DNA of 64,000 nt from Callorhinchus milii (GCF_018977255.1 NW_024704742.1:134170001-134234000), one strand, 5' to 3'; shown: positions 24,612-36,903, counted from the stretch's first letter. The notes: generated by a model not told the origin, from the sequence alone. Made by a program: numbers and translations.

Positions 24612-26604
24612 CTGTATTGCAGAAACCAGAACACAAAAACTATAAATAACTATCATGCACTACAGCGTCACCAAACCAAAAAATTATTGCCATCAGATTG
24701 TAGTTTTAACTGCATATGTTGACCTATGTCGATATGTTGTATTCCTGAGCTCCCCTACCCCATACAGAGGTCCAAGATCTTCGTCAAGCAGTCTCTATAT
24801 CATGCTAGAGTCAATGTTAGATTGTCCTACACACATGTGGAGTTAATTCCTCCAACTAACAATGGCCTTTCACCCAGTGATTTGGCCAACCTCAAGCTGA
24901 ATTGGTCACTCACCTCATGGCTGTTTATGGGACTTTGTTTTGGGAAAGACAACGGCTACATCTGCCTACAAACATAGCTACTACAGTTGACCGTAATTTC
25001 TGTGGTGTATTTTAGATGTTTCAAGGCATTATAAAAATGCAAAAAAGCCGTGCAGTATTTAATGTTTGCTAAATATATTTTTATATAACAATGTAAGTGT
25101 TCTAAAGTTTCTGAATCATTTCCCCGCTCCTAAAGTACATAGCTGCAGCTGACAATTGGCAGCAAAGTTTAAAGTCATATGATTAGGCACATTTTGTCCA
25201 ACCCGTACCTTTATATAGTGCATCTCAATTTATATAATTTGTTTTATATTTTGCATTTTTATACTATCTTTTCACATCAAACTCTTGAAGCTGAAACTCT
25301 TCTCGAGTAATAACTATCAAAGCATTAGCAAGCAACCTTGGCATCTGTTTACAACAAAGTTCCACAATAGCTATGAGGTGAATGACTAATGTATTCGGAG
25401 GACTGTTGGCCAGAAGACGGGAGACTTCCTCTCTCTATTGAGTAGTACCATGAAACCTTTAAAGAGACAGGATCTCAGCTTATCATCTCATCTGAAATAC
25501 GGACCCTCCAGCAGTGCAGTACTGTTTGGCACCAAACTCCGCCATTGTTCAATGGTATAAATGGAATCATCCCATACTATGAGCTCAAGTCCAAGGGTGG
25601 GACTTGAACCCACATACCTATCTCTCCAGAAATCTTAGTCCGTAGTGGCCAAAAGGGAGGTCACTGCTCAATGACCTGATTTGCAGTACATCAAAAGATG
25701 TACAACGGTAGAAGGGCATAGCATAAACGATAGCCTAACAGTATATCGAATCACCAGCTGACCACAGGACATCCTCGCAAGTGAAAAGGTGCCCCGTCGT
25801 CTCAATGCACACTACAGAGTGCCTGGTGGCATGACTCCCAAAAAAGAATGGAGCTGGTATTCTGAGAAAACTCCAGGTAGCGATTTGTCAAACCCGTTTT
25901 GAATTAAAGCTCTGAAAGATGGAACATCACAGCAATAAAGTCTGGCATCCTGTGGGGTGCTTGGCACTTGATGATTTCTGTGCACTAATAAGCCCAAAGG
26001 CAGCAATTCAGCTAATAAATGTTTAACACCTCATAAACTCACTGATTCCCAATTATCTACAGCAAATTAGCATAAAGCGTAACTTACAGAGACAAGCTGT
26101 AGCACCATCATACCCTCAGGTTTGTACATGGCAGAACAGATTGGAACTGAACACTTAAGCACATGGCAACAGAAGAAGGCTATCGGCCTATTGAGCTTGC
26201 TCCTCTTAAATTGGATCCCCTTTTAACTCTTAACGTTTAAAATCCTTGTTATGCTGCTTATCTTTCACTTAAGAAGATGCAAGGAACAAGACAAGACCCT
26301 TGAGTACATTGTGTAAATTGTATTGTATCCAGCTATCCATCCTTAGCCTAAAAACATCTCTCTGCCAAGCAAAGCACATGTCTATTTTGTGGCTGATAAA
26401 ATACAAGCGCAAAGTTATCCTGGTCTTCTCCTTTGACAAATACATATTAGGTCGGACGACGGACGACATTTAAGATGATCATAAAAGGATTAAAAGTGAG
26501 GTTAAAATTAAAGGCGAGATTAGAAAAAAAAATTGGCATAGGGGGACTGGAATGCGCAATTCTGGGTCACACACGTCTTGTATTTCAAGCAAGAGCCCAG
26601 ATCG

Positions 26605-26723
26605 AGGCCAGGCAGTATCTATGGAGAAAGGAAAGTAAGTCAACGTTTCGGTCCACGACCCTTCGTCAGAACTGCAATTCTTTTTTGGTTCAGATTTTCA
26701 GCATCTGCAGTATTTTGTGTTTT
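26605..26723. mobile_element. Penelope-like terminal-repeat relic carrying a hammerhead-like motif
   Basis: AGGCAGTATCTATGGAGA..AACGTTTCGGTC..GACCCTTCGTCAGAACT followed by TTCAGATTTTCAGCATCTGCAGTATTTTG. Resembles, from memory, the palindromic Penelope-derived repeat common in shark genomes. Confidence 0.6.
26638..26673 (-). ncRNA. minimal type I hammerhead ribozyme-like motif (possibly degenerate)
   Basis: Minus strand reads AGTT-CTGACGA-AG-GGTC-GTG-GACC-GAAAC-GTT-GACT: core CUGANGA and GAAA, 4-bp stem II, 4-bp stem I, palindromic stem III. Confidence 0.55.
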
Positions 26724-27048
26724 GCAGAAAAACATTTGCTCGCTTCTTATAAAATCTTTGGAGAATTTATTGCTTAATATCTTTATTTTTACTTCATTGT
26801 TCAGTTTTCCCTAAATTGACAGGTATTAAATAACATTTGCTGTGCAAGAATCCAAGCCTCCACTTCACGAACTAATGTTCGACTCTCTACCCACAAAGTC
26901 TGCTTTCTCATACTTTGCAATATTGTCTGACTCCGCCACTATCTCACCCTCAACAGAGCCCAAAGCTTCACCACTGCCTCTGCCACCTCCAGATTCAACA
27001 TTTCCAAAGTTCTTGTCTCTGACTGCATCTCTCCCCTCCCATCTCATT

Positions 27049-27370
27049 GGAGTCCTGGAGCTCAGCTCAGTGGTTAGAGCACTCGCCTTGCAAGCGAGAC
27101 ACCTGGGTTAAATTCCAGGCAGGGCGAAATCTTGGGCAAATTTCTTTACTCCACACGCCTAATAATAATTCCTCCAAAATAAAACAATAATAAATTGGTC
27201 ATTTTCAATCCACGACTGTTTGTGGGACAACTGCTGTGAGCAATTGGCTGCCGCGTTTCGCCCACAAGTAAACGGTCAATTCACTTTACACCATATTCTG
27301 TGAAGCGCTTTGAGACGTTGAGAAGACATGAAAAACGCTATATCAAATGCAAGGATTATTATTATTATTA
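27049..27370 (+). mobile_element. tRNA-derived SINE, short subfamily, full length
   Basis: Head with a small AGCTC duplication; tail (ATT)n. Confidence 0.87.
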
Positions 27371-27454
27371 TAAATGTCTCTACATAGGTGACATGGATAT
27401 GAGGAACTCTCAGTCTGGTTCCAGATAATATTTCTGCAGAAGCATGGGATAAGT

Positions 27455-28190
27455 AACAACAACTTGCATTTATAGAGCCCTTCATGTGGAGCACTCAAAA
27501 TTGAGTTTGACTCCAAACCTGGGAGAAAGGTAAGGCAACCTCGAGCACAGCTGAAGTGGAAAGTCTTCAGGTGTGAACTGAAGGCTGGCAAAGGTGCGGC
27601 AAGGCTAAGGGATTGAGGTAGGAAGCTCCAGAGGCTGTGGCTAAAACCACAGACGCCGATGGAGGACCACATGGGTCAAGGGACACACAGGAAGTGATTG
27701 GGTAGAGGAATGGGGTGTGATAAGGTTGGAGAGTCAGACAGAAGGAGTGATACATGTAGTTTCATCACCGTTATCTTGTGCTGGCGCCTCTTTGGACCGA
27801 TTCACAATATTTCAAAGATCTTTTATTTTAAAAAGCAATGCAAACTTGCACTTTTATAGACTCTTTCACGCAGAACGCCTCAAAATGATTCATAACAATA
27901 GGGATCATTTTGAGCAGGGAGGAAAACGGGGGGCAGTTTGACAATACTAACCACATTGAAAGAGATGCTTTTAAGAAGGTTTTGAAGGCAGGAAGAGAAG
28001 GTGAAAGGCAAAGAGATTTAGGAGAATTCCAAAGAAAGGGAGGGCATAGTGCTGATGGTAGCACAGAGAAAGTAAGGCATAGTGGACCAATAGCAGATTG
28101 GGGCAGGAGTGGGTTTCAGAGGTAGAACAGGGCAAGATTGTAAAAGGTTTTGAAGAAAAAGGATCTTGATTTCAATCCTTTGGAAACCTG
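27455..28190 (-). mobile_element. two adjacent old L2 3' fragments
   Basis: (AAC)n tail, HLKTFHF and FKTFLKASL terminal motifs. Confidence 0.6.
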
Positions 28191-29000
28191 AAGAATGCAA
28201 CATATAATTCTAGGGATTCTGAGGCCACTATATACACAAGAGAATAGTGGAGGAGTGGAATAGACCAGAAGGCATCATTTTTACATCATCTTTCTATGAT
28301 GTAAATTTCTAATAAAGTGATAAACCACTGTGTGAACCTGGCTATTAGTCGGTCAGCCGAACTGAAAGATATTAGTTCTCATAATCATTTGTCACCTAGC
28401 TATAATCCTTTTAAAAAAAAGATTTTATTCAAAAAAGCCTCATGAGATAATGAGCTAATTACCGCCTAATGAACGTTAGGTCATGAAGCTCATCCTTCTT
28501 CCTTCATACTTCCTTGGCAAATGATCAGACCAATTAGGAAATAGCCAGTGTCCCAGACTGATTCAATCCAACACAAGCCTCCCGATGTGTGGTTAGAAGC
28601 AATCGAAAATGTGAATTTAAGTAGCATCTCACTGAAATTACAGAATGTTACAGCACAAAATCAAATCTAGGTTGACGTTTTCCTCCAATATAAGCCACTT
28701 GAGCTAATCCCCCGCTCCTGCTCACTCCACCACTCTCTTAATATTAAATAATCCTTGCATTTGTTATAGAACCTATAATGTTAAGCTGTCTCACAACTTT
28801 TCAATTAAATGTCACAACTGAATATTTGTCGGCAGAGACAGCCAATTTGCTTACAGTATGTGTTGTTCGAACAACTGCAAAGTGAAAGTACAACTTCTTT
28901 GGAGGAAAATGCTGGCCACCGGAAACCATTCTCTTTCAAATATTCATTATTAATAATAATTCTTACAGTTGATATAGCTTTTTTTTAATGTCGGGCTATA

Positions 29001-29165
29001 TCATAGAATATTACAGCATAGAAGGAGGCCATTTGGCCCAAGGTGCCTGTGCCGGCTCTTTGGAAGAGCTACCCAACCAGTCCCACTCCCCCGCTCTTTC
29101 CCCATATCCCTGCAAATTTTTCCTTTTCAAGTATCTATCTAATTCCCTTTTGAAAGTTGTTATTG
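29001..29165 (-). mobile_element. CR1 LINE 3' end inserted into a SINE tail
   Basis: TTFKRELDRYLKRKNLQGYGERAGEW (CR1 ORF2 C-terminus) and GGGCCAAATGGCCTCCTTCTATGCTGTAA tail; SINE sequence resumes on both sides. Confidence 0.82.
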
Positions 29166-30414
29166 TTATCTCAAAGCGCTTCACAGAATTACTGTAAAGT
29201 GTCATGAATGTATTTTGTAGGATATTTACTATTTAGCATTGTACTATAACAACAACTTGCATTTATATAGCGGCCTACACACAAATAGCATTTTGGAGCA
29301 TTTAACAGCGATGTGGTTTGACGCCGAGCTGGAAAGGGAGGAGAGGTGACCAAAGGTACGGTCAAAGAGGAAAGTCTTCGGGTGTGATTTGATGATGAAC
29401 AAACAAGGGGCAATATGGAGGGGTTGAGGCAAGGAGTTGCAGAGATTTGGGGCATCATGGCTGAAAGTACTGCTGTTACAAAAGGTTTAATAGAATGAAA
29501 ATACTGTGCAAATGTACCTCCTCATTCAATTATTTTTTAATATAATCCTCTTTTGAAATAATCTAAGGACTCTGCTTCAACAGAGGCAGAGAATTAAATA
29601 TGCCAACCAGCCTCTGCGTAACAAATCCTGCACAGAATTTCCCTTTAATTATTTGTGTGATTATTTTAAATTTGTGCCCTCTTGTTATTGATTCACTGAT
29701 AGAATTTATTAGCCATTTATTATGGAAATGGGTCACATTCTTTAAATGTGCAGTATTCAAGCTCTGCTGGCTCCCCTGATTCCGAACGGCAACACTACAG
29801 TTTCCTGCCTGAAAACAACTAGTTTGTAACACGTGAACGTCAGAACCTGCAGATTTGCAAAAAGCCTGTTGTCCAGTGGTGATAATTCAGAAAAACTTAA
29901 TAGACTGAAAAATGCTATACAATTTCAATAGGCCTGGTCTGCTGGCCTTATGGTTCACTAAACAGAACAGTTGAAAACTAATGGCTCCTTTGTACTACAC
30001 AGTTAGCATCGATTTGATGCGCTTTCTACATTGAATCAATGGAAAAAGTGTAGAATTAATAGTTTTGCCGGTCTGGATTCAATTTGGAGCCCATCTCTGA
30101 AAAACTCCTCCAGCAATTTGGAAGTCAGACTGAAGACCTTGCTCTTCCAACTACGATTACGGTCACCTTCTCTCTCCCCCCAGCTCAGCATCAGGCTCCG
30201 CCACTGTTAAGTGCTCCGAGATGCTACCCCACGTGAAAGGCATTATATAAATGCAAGTTGTTGCTGCTGCAGTATACGGTTGCTTCTCCTATTACCGATT
30301 TCAAACAGATTTTAGATTTAAGCTCCTAAATTCCTTGACAATTTATTAGTTTATCTTAGTGATGAAGGTTTTAGCCAGTTGGTCACAATCCCAGCTCCCC
30401 AGTGTGACGCTCTT

Positions 30415-30830
30415 AGGAACAAGAGTAGGCCATTAACCCATCACCAATTTATTAGCTCCTACAGCACTCCCATTTTGTCTATACACCATTAAAACCCTTA
30501 CTTCCCAAGTACCTAACGACCTTTTATACATCCCAATTGATTCCACTTCTACAGACCTCTGGGCCTGTGCTTCTGTATTTTCAAAGCCCTCCGTCTGAAA
30601 AAAATGTTTTCTGATTTCATTTCTGTTTTAACTCGAATGCGAAGTTCATGTCCACTAATTTGGATCCCTCTTCCAAAGGAATGACTCATCTACTAACTAA
30701 CTTGCAAGTTTCCTTCATTCTTTTTGTACAGTTCAATAGAATTACCTCTTCAGCTACGAGTGATATAACCAAACCTACCCAGCCTCTATAGTTAAATTAC
30801 CTCATCCCAAGTATTAATTGGTGAATCGTC
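30415..30830 (-). mobile_element. old CR1 LINE fragment
   Basis: TAGGAACAAGAGTAGGCCATT tail motif and degenerate ORF2 3' region. Confidence 0.55.
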
Positions 30831-30970
30831 GTTGGAAGTCCACTTGCACTGATTGCATAACAACCCATTAATCTTCTAACCAAATAAAGCGCCTTATCAC
30901 GTTACTGAGACTTCTCAAAGCCCTTCACATTGTAAAGTGGATTGATAGTGTATTTTGGGGGCGAAGTATG

Positions 30971-32087
30971 CCAACAACAAAATTACATTTGTTTAGCGCC
31001 TTTCACGTCAGGAGGACATCCCAAGGCGAGGAACAGTCAATGTTTTGGACTCGAGCTGGGGCTCGGGATTGGGGAGGGTGGAGGGCAGTGGGGGGAAGGA
31101 GGGTGATCGAAAGCACAATTGAAGAGCAGGGTCTTGAAGAAGGCAAGGGAGGGGGCAAGGCGGTGGGACTGCGGGATGGAGTTCCAGAGGGTGGGGCAGA
31201 GTGGCAGAAGGACCGCCCACCAACGGTAGGGTGGGCGAGGCGGGGGACATGAAGCAGGTTGAGCAGGCTGAGCGGAGGAAACAGGCAGGTTGGTAGGGGT
31301 TAGGAGGTAGCCTTTAGTCACCTTCCTCCCCATCCCCCTGGCTCGGCCCTGGGATCCGTTACTGTGAAGCGCTCTGAGACGCCGTCCGGCGTGGAGGGTG
31401 CTATATAAATCCAAGTTGTTGTTGTTGTCGCAGAAGTAGGAGGGAGCGAGCCCATGGAGGGCTTTGAAGGTGAGGACCAGGGTCTTGAACGGGAAGCCGT
31501 TGGCAGTCAGGCGAGGGTGGGAGCGATAGGGTCACGGAGCCTGGTGCGAGAGAGGACACGGGCTGCAGGGTTCTGGATGATCTGCCTGAGGACACCAAAG
31601 AGAGGATTTGGGGAGGCCGACAAGCAGGAAGATTGCATAGTCAAGCCTGGATGTTATGAATGCGTGTATGAAGGTTTCGGCGGCCTGCGGTGTGAGAGAG
31701 TAGTGGAGCCGGGCAATATTGCAGAGGTGGGGGAAGGCAGAACAGGTCATGGCACAGATGTGGGGTAGAAAGGATAGTTGAGGGTCAAACAAGACACTAA
31801 GGTTCCGGACTGGCTTAGTGAGATGGAATGTGCAACCATGATGGTGATGATGTCAGCGCTTGAGGTGAGGAGGCGCTGACGGGCACCAATCAGGAGAGCC
31901 TCGGTCTTGTTGACGTTCAACTGAAGAAAGTTAGCTCTCATCCAGGACTTGATGTCTGACAAGACATTCTGTCTGGACAGCAGTGGTCCTGGAGTCAAGG
32001 GTAGAGGCAGAGAGATACAGTTAGGTGTCATCTACATATATGTGGAAGTTGACCCCAGGTCTACGATGATGTAACCAAGAGGGAGCA
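30971..32087 (-). mobile_element. longest L2 LINE fragment (about 1.1 kb, reaches the RT catalytic motif; frameshifted), TSD TATG
   Basis: Degenerate YVDDT (YADDT) near 32024-32038; SDIKSWMRANFLQLNVNKTE; HAFITSRLDY. TATG at 30967-30970 and 32088-32091. Contains an antisense L2 tail at 31309-31426. Confidence 0.9.
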
Positions 32088-32933
32088 TATGGCAGCCAGT
32101 TACGCACAGCAGTGTCCCACCCACAAACAGTCGTGATTGAGTGAACATTTTTAAAAATTAGCCCGATATTAATATATCAGTTACTGCAAATTGTGGATTT
32201 TGCAAAGTACTCCTTTACTTATAATACTGAATTATTGCAATCATCCAGTTGTATCCAAATATTCAAATATCAGTTTTTATCAGAAGAATTGACCTCTAAA
32301 TTCATACCGAGTTTTCCAACATTCCCTACACTCTCAATATTTTAAGACATTTTAAGTGTAAGAATATTGGATACTTCCAAGCCCCCAAAAGCATTATAAA
32401 TGGTGGATCCATTTAGCAGGAAGGAAGTGACAGACTAAATGAATGAATATCTGCACTGTAAAGCTTGCTTGATAGCTGGTGACAAACAAACAGGACTATA
32501 AGTGCTAGGCAAGATCATCTTTTACTGTGAGGAAAATTCAATGCAAAAAATTCATTTTAAAATGGAAAATAAATCCTACTCAATCAGAGCAAACACAGAC
32601 ACATTTTAAGCTCTATTATAAATGACCCACCTTGTAGTTCAGGCCTGAGGACACCAAAGCAGTTAAGAGTATTCAGATTTCACACGTTTTGAACATTGCT
32701 TAGCAATCCCTCTAACAAACTGGGCAGCAACCACTAGATTTGGTGGGCAATTCATCACTTTCCAGTCATAGCCCACTTTCAACTCACACACAATCAAGTG
32801 CTTCAGGGAAGAATATTTAGTATTCAGGTGACCAGAATCTAATTGCATCAGTATTAAGCTAGTGTATCATATACAGTTACACGCAATTACATGCAGTCCA
32901 AATTCCCCACCTGCCTCAGCGAAACTTATTTAC

Positions 32934-35390
32934 CTGCCCTCCTGCCTCTGAGGCATGTTGGAAATGCGTTGCAAGTAACATCTCGTCCAGGCACACCTCG
33001 TTGCACTCCAAGCACTTCATGCCGTGTCTAGAAAGCTTTGAGCGGTCCTCATCAAGGGGCATTGCTGGCAAAACGAGAGCATTGGCAGGTGCGGAGATCA
33101 CTGCATTGGGAATGTTGGTCACGGCTTTAACAACAGCACTCGTGGTGGTAATGGCAGAGATGGAGACATGCGCAGATGTGGTGGCGGAGGAAATGGCAGT
33201 TAGCGGGGCGATCATCTGGTCTGCAGGGATGGGCTTCATAATCAGGTGGGAGCACTGCATGACCACCCCCTTGTCTTTGTGCCCGCGCGCGTGCGAAAGG
33301 AGGCTGCACTTGTTGAAAAAGACCAAGTTTTTTGCGCAGTGGTTGCACGTCACTTCAATCCGCACGCTCCTCCGGTCATAATGCTGGGCGAGGCTCTTCT
33401 CGAGGGCAAACGAATCTCCGCATTCCAAGCATTTGTAGCCACGGAGTGGTATGGTGATATTAGCATTGGTTGGAGGGTTAAGGTTGGGTGTGTAGATGGG
33501 AACCGGGTTGACGCTACTCAGCACCTTGTTGAACGTCTCAACTACTGTATTCTGAGAATTGGCCACCACTTGAACTCTCGACACCTTTTTGGGCGGCTGA
33601 ATCGAAGAAGCAGCGATTATCGCTTGTTTTATGGGCTGTTGGGTTTTAGAAAGCACCTGGCGGAGTTCAGAACTTGCTGCCTGAGGCAGAAGGTTAAGGT
33701 TAGCGAGGTGTACAGTCTTTGGTACAAGTTTGGCATTTGCTAAGCTGGAGGCCGGCACCACCACTGTTTGCTGCTGCATAGCATTGGCAGCCTTCAGGAT
33801 GGCACTGCTGGCGCTCTGAACAGAGGCGGCAGAGATCACCGTAGCTTTAACTGTAGTGTTGTTTGCAAACTTCAGATTGATGACCTGCGATCCTGCCGTC
33901 TTCACAGCAGACACTGGAAGGAAAGCAGTGGCAACAGGTTTAATCGTAACCTGTTTTGTGGTAACCTCAGGAGACATTACTGTACTAGAAGCGGTAATGA
34001 GCGGCGATTGCATCAGTGTTGTAGGAGACAAAGACAAGGCAGACTCGCCGGGAGAAGACGACAAAAGTGATGAGACAACCATGGAGTTTGGCTGTTCAGC
34101 TCCTCTTCTACCAAGCTCTTGCTCCACGTCGGGCATAATTCTCGTTACTGTTCTGGTAATTTCACCAGACGATGTTTTGATGGTCTTGATGCGGACTTTG
34201 GGGATGGCAGGGGGTGAGCTTGCCGGGGAGCAAGGGGAACCTTTCATACTACTTTCACTCGACACGCTCCGGGGGCTATCGGGTTGTTTGTTGGCCACTT
34301 TCTTCACCACCTCCAAGGGGCTCGGAGGGGCCCCGGGGGATTTTTCAGCGGCTCTAGGGCTTTCTCTAGATTCTTTTAAAACTGGAGAAGACCCCCTAGA
34401 GACAGACTGAGGTTCTTTACTGGTATCTGCTGCCGCCTTTTTAGCATTCAGAGCAGCGATGGCTGCAATGCACGAGGAAAGCTTAGAGGAGGACTTTGCC
34501 CTCAGATTTGAAGAACTCGTGGCCTGCACTCCGGTTTTCTCACCACTTTTGCCATCGAGGGTTCTATTTTCAAGCTCCTTTTCGGGAGAATTTTTAAAGC
34601 TCTTTTCACTGTCCTCGTCACCCAATCTCTCATCCGCATTTCGGCCTTTAAATGTCTCGAGACTTCCTGAATTAACATGGGGGCTTTCACTCTCTCTGCT
34701 GCTTTTCAATACCTTACCCTTATCTTCAGCGTCTGGGATAGTCACTTCCAACTTGGCGGCTGCATTCTCCCCTCCCAGTTTCCTTGGTTTTTCACATTCC
34801 CTCTCGGGAGCTGGACCCGGGAGCACATTTCCTCGGAAAACTGGCTGGCTCTCCTCTTTGGCGTCTGGAGGGTCATCGACTTCAATTTTATCGTCGTCCT
34901 CAAACTCTTCCGCGCTGGAGATGGGGCTGAACTGGTTAAACGCAGAGTCTTTGAGCCCAGTCTCGGGGCCGTCAATGTTCTCGGTCCGTGACAGGTCCAG
35001 TTTGGGTTCGGGACCCGCGGATCCTTCACACCTTGTGGGCTTGTTGTCTGAATCCTTGGAGAACCTATCTAGAGTTGACACACTGAGAAAGCCATTGTGT
35101 AAGCCATTGCCAGAGGCGTGATTGTTTTCCTTCTCCAGAGTTGGGTTCTCAGTTGCTGTAGTTGCTGTTTCGGATGAATCGAGAGTCCGGATGTTTTTTA
35201 CAATCACACTTACTACCCCATCTGGTGCTGAAGGCACCTGAGCGTCCTCGTCGGCGGGGATGTTTGCTTTTAGCTGCCCTTCATTGTCATCATGTGCAGA
35301 CTCAATTGCTGCTTTGGGATCCACCTGCATATCTGGAATGTCAAAAGCAGCAAGCAGGTCATCGAAGTCCGGGGTTTTCATATCTCCCAT
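32934..35390 (-). CDS. ZNF532: ZNF532 first coding exon (exon starts at 35416; ATG 35390-35388; 819 codons; Ser/Glu-rich N-terminus plus first zinc fingers)
   Basis: Lies in ORF 32916..35447. Acceptor ttttttccttttAG at 35418-35417; donor CAG|GTAAAT at 32934/32933, phase 0. Contains CLECGDSF.., CNHC..HARGH and CLEC..HFQH. Confidence 0.95.
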
Positions 35391-35480
35391 GATCGTCAGC
35401 TTAATGGTGTGCAAAGCTAAAAGGAAAAAATAAATTAAGTTACACACTTTTTGCTGACATTAAAAGACATTCAAAAAGTG

Positions 35481-35873
35481 GAAGTCCTGTAGCGTTTGGT
35501 TAACACGTTCGCTTTGCAAGCAAGACGACCTGGGTTTGATTCCCAGGCAGGACGAAATCTTAGGTAAGTCTCCTTACTCCACGCACCTCTGTTTACCTAG
35601 CAGTAAGTAGGAACCCGGTTGTTAGTTGATTGGCGGATCGTTTTCCGGGTGTAATAATCACTCCAATCAATCAATAAATAAATAAATAATTTGGTCATTC
35701 AATCCATGATGGTTTGTGGGACACTGCTGTACGCAATTGGCTAACAGGTTTCGCCTACAAAATATAGTCAATTCGCTTTACAGTAAATTTTGTGAAGCGA
35801 TTTGAGATGCCTCAATGATGTGGTAAGGATAATAACCCTGAAATTTGATATATCAAATAGAAGGATTATTATA
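35481..35873 (+). mobile_element. tRNA-derived SINE, long subfamily
   Basis: Head, CTGTTTACCTAGCAGTAAGTAGGAACCC segment and tail; about 60 nt from the exon acceptor at 35417. Confidence 0.85.
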
Positions 35874-36538
35874 ATAATCTTCCAGATAAAATTAGTCATT
35901 CTCCTTACGGCTTTATATAAGACCCCAGTTGTGTGGAAATTGCTGTGCTTGCCTTAAAAAAAAGTAATTCCACTTTGAGACATTGATGTAGAAGTCGTTA
36001 TGAATATACCCAGTTTTGTCCTATTTGGGTCAGGATTGGCAAACCAGAAATACTAGAGGCAGTTTGATCTCTTTCAGGCAGAATTCTCACAGAATATTTC
36101 TTTGAGGAAAGTCCAGAAAATATTCAAAGGGTATTGGAGGGATGATTAAAAAAAAGCAACATTAAAGGTCATGGGAACCACAAGAGAGAGGGTGATTGGG
36201 TGCCTCATGTGGAAAACCTCAGCATAGACGTGATGGGCCAAATAGCCTATTTCTGTACAGGCTAGAAACTGTGCAAAGAGTGGCTTGTCTCCTAATTCCT
36301 CAGTCTATCCACAAGGCTCAAGTCAAGGAGTGTTTGATCGAAGCAATTTGATTCACTCCCTCGCTCACCAACGCACTGTATACTATTTACACAGATTTGA
36401 ACTACAGCAATTCAAGAATCTTGTTTTGACTGCACCTTCTAGCCCTTTGACCTCCAACATTCAGAACAAAAACAGCCATATCATGGGAGCACTATGACTT
36501 GTGAGTTCTCTCACAAGTCACTCATCATCCTAACTTGT

Positions 36539-36903
36539 GGAGTCCTGTAGTGTAGTATTTAGAGCACTCTCCTCGCAAGCAAGAGGATCCAGATTCAATT
36601 TCCGGGCAGGACAAAACCTTAGGCAAGTTTCCTGTCTCCACACACCGTTTTTTACTAAGCAGTAAGTAGGAACCCAGTTGTTAGTCAATTGGCAGATTGC
36701 TCTTCAGAGGGAATAATCCCTCCCCCAAAAATGCAGTCACTCAATCCACGATTGTTCATTGGATACCACTGTGCGCAATTGGCTGCCGCGTTTCACCCAC
36801 AAAATACAGTCAATTTACCTTACAATATATTCTGTAAAGCACTTTGAGACTTCTTAATGACGTGATATGGCGCTATATCAAATGCAAGGATTATTATAAT
36901 TAT
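36539..36903 (+). mobile_element. tRNA-derived SINE, long subfamily, full length
   Basis: GGAGTCCTGTAGTGTAG head through GCGCTATATCAAATGCAAGGATTATTA. Confidence 0.85.

Larger units (their letters stand above)
2144..35416 (-). other. ZNF532: ZNF532 gene, coding span (8 coding exons, predicted 1334 aa C2H2 zinc finger protein of the ZNF532/ZNF592/ZNF687 family)
   Basis: N-terminus MGDMKTPDFDDLLAAFDIPD and C-terminus ...NTHMRTHGMAFIKSKR..EK match ZNF532 as I recall it. Exon lengths 2457+179+177+163+270+113+145+501 = 4005 nt give an open frame with consistent phases and GT-AG sites. Confidence 0.95.

Noticed and set aside
26475..26777. 100-aa + strand ORF
   Set aside because: Runs through the Penelope-like relic; no coding signature.
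31532..32031. Functional reverse transcriptase gene
   Set aside because: Truncated, frameshifted L2 ORF2 with a stop next to the catalytic motif.
33001..35392. Several 100-220 aa + strand ORFs
   Set aside because: Antisense to the large ZNF532 exon.
35391..35447. 19-aa N-terminal extension MCNLIYFF.. of the 843-aa ORF
   Set aside because: Non-ATG start that crosses the polypyrimidine tract and acceptor at 35417; most of it is intronic.
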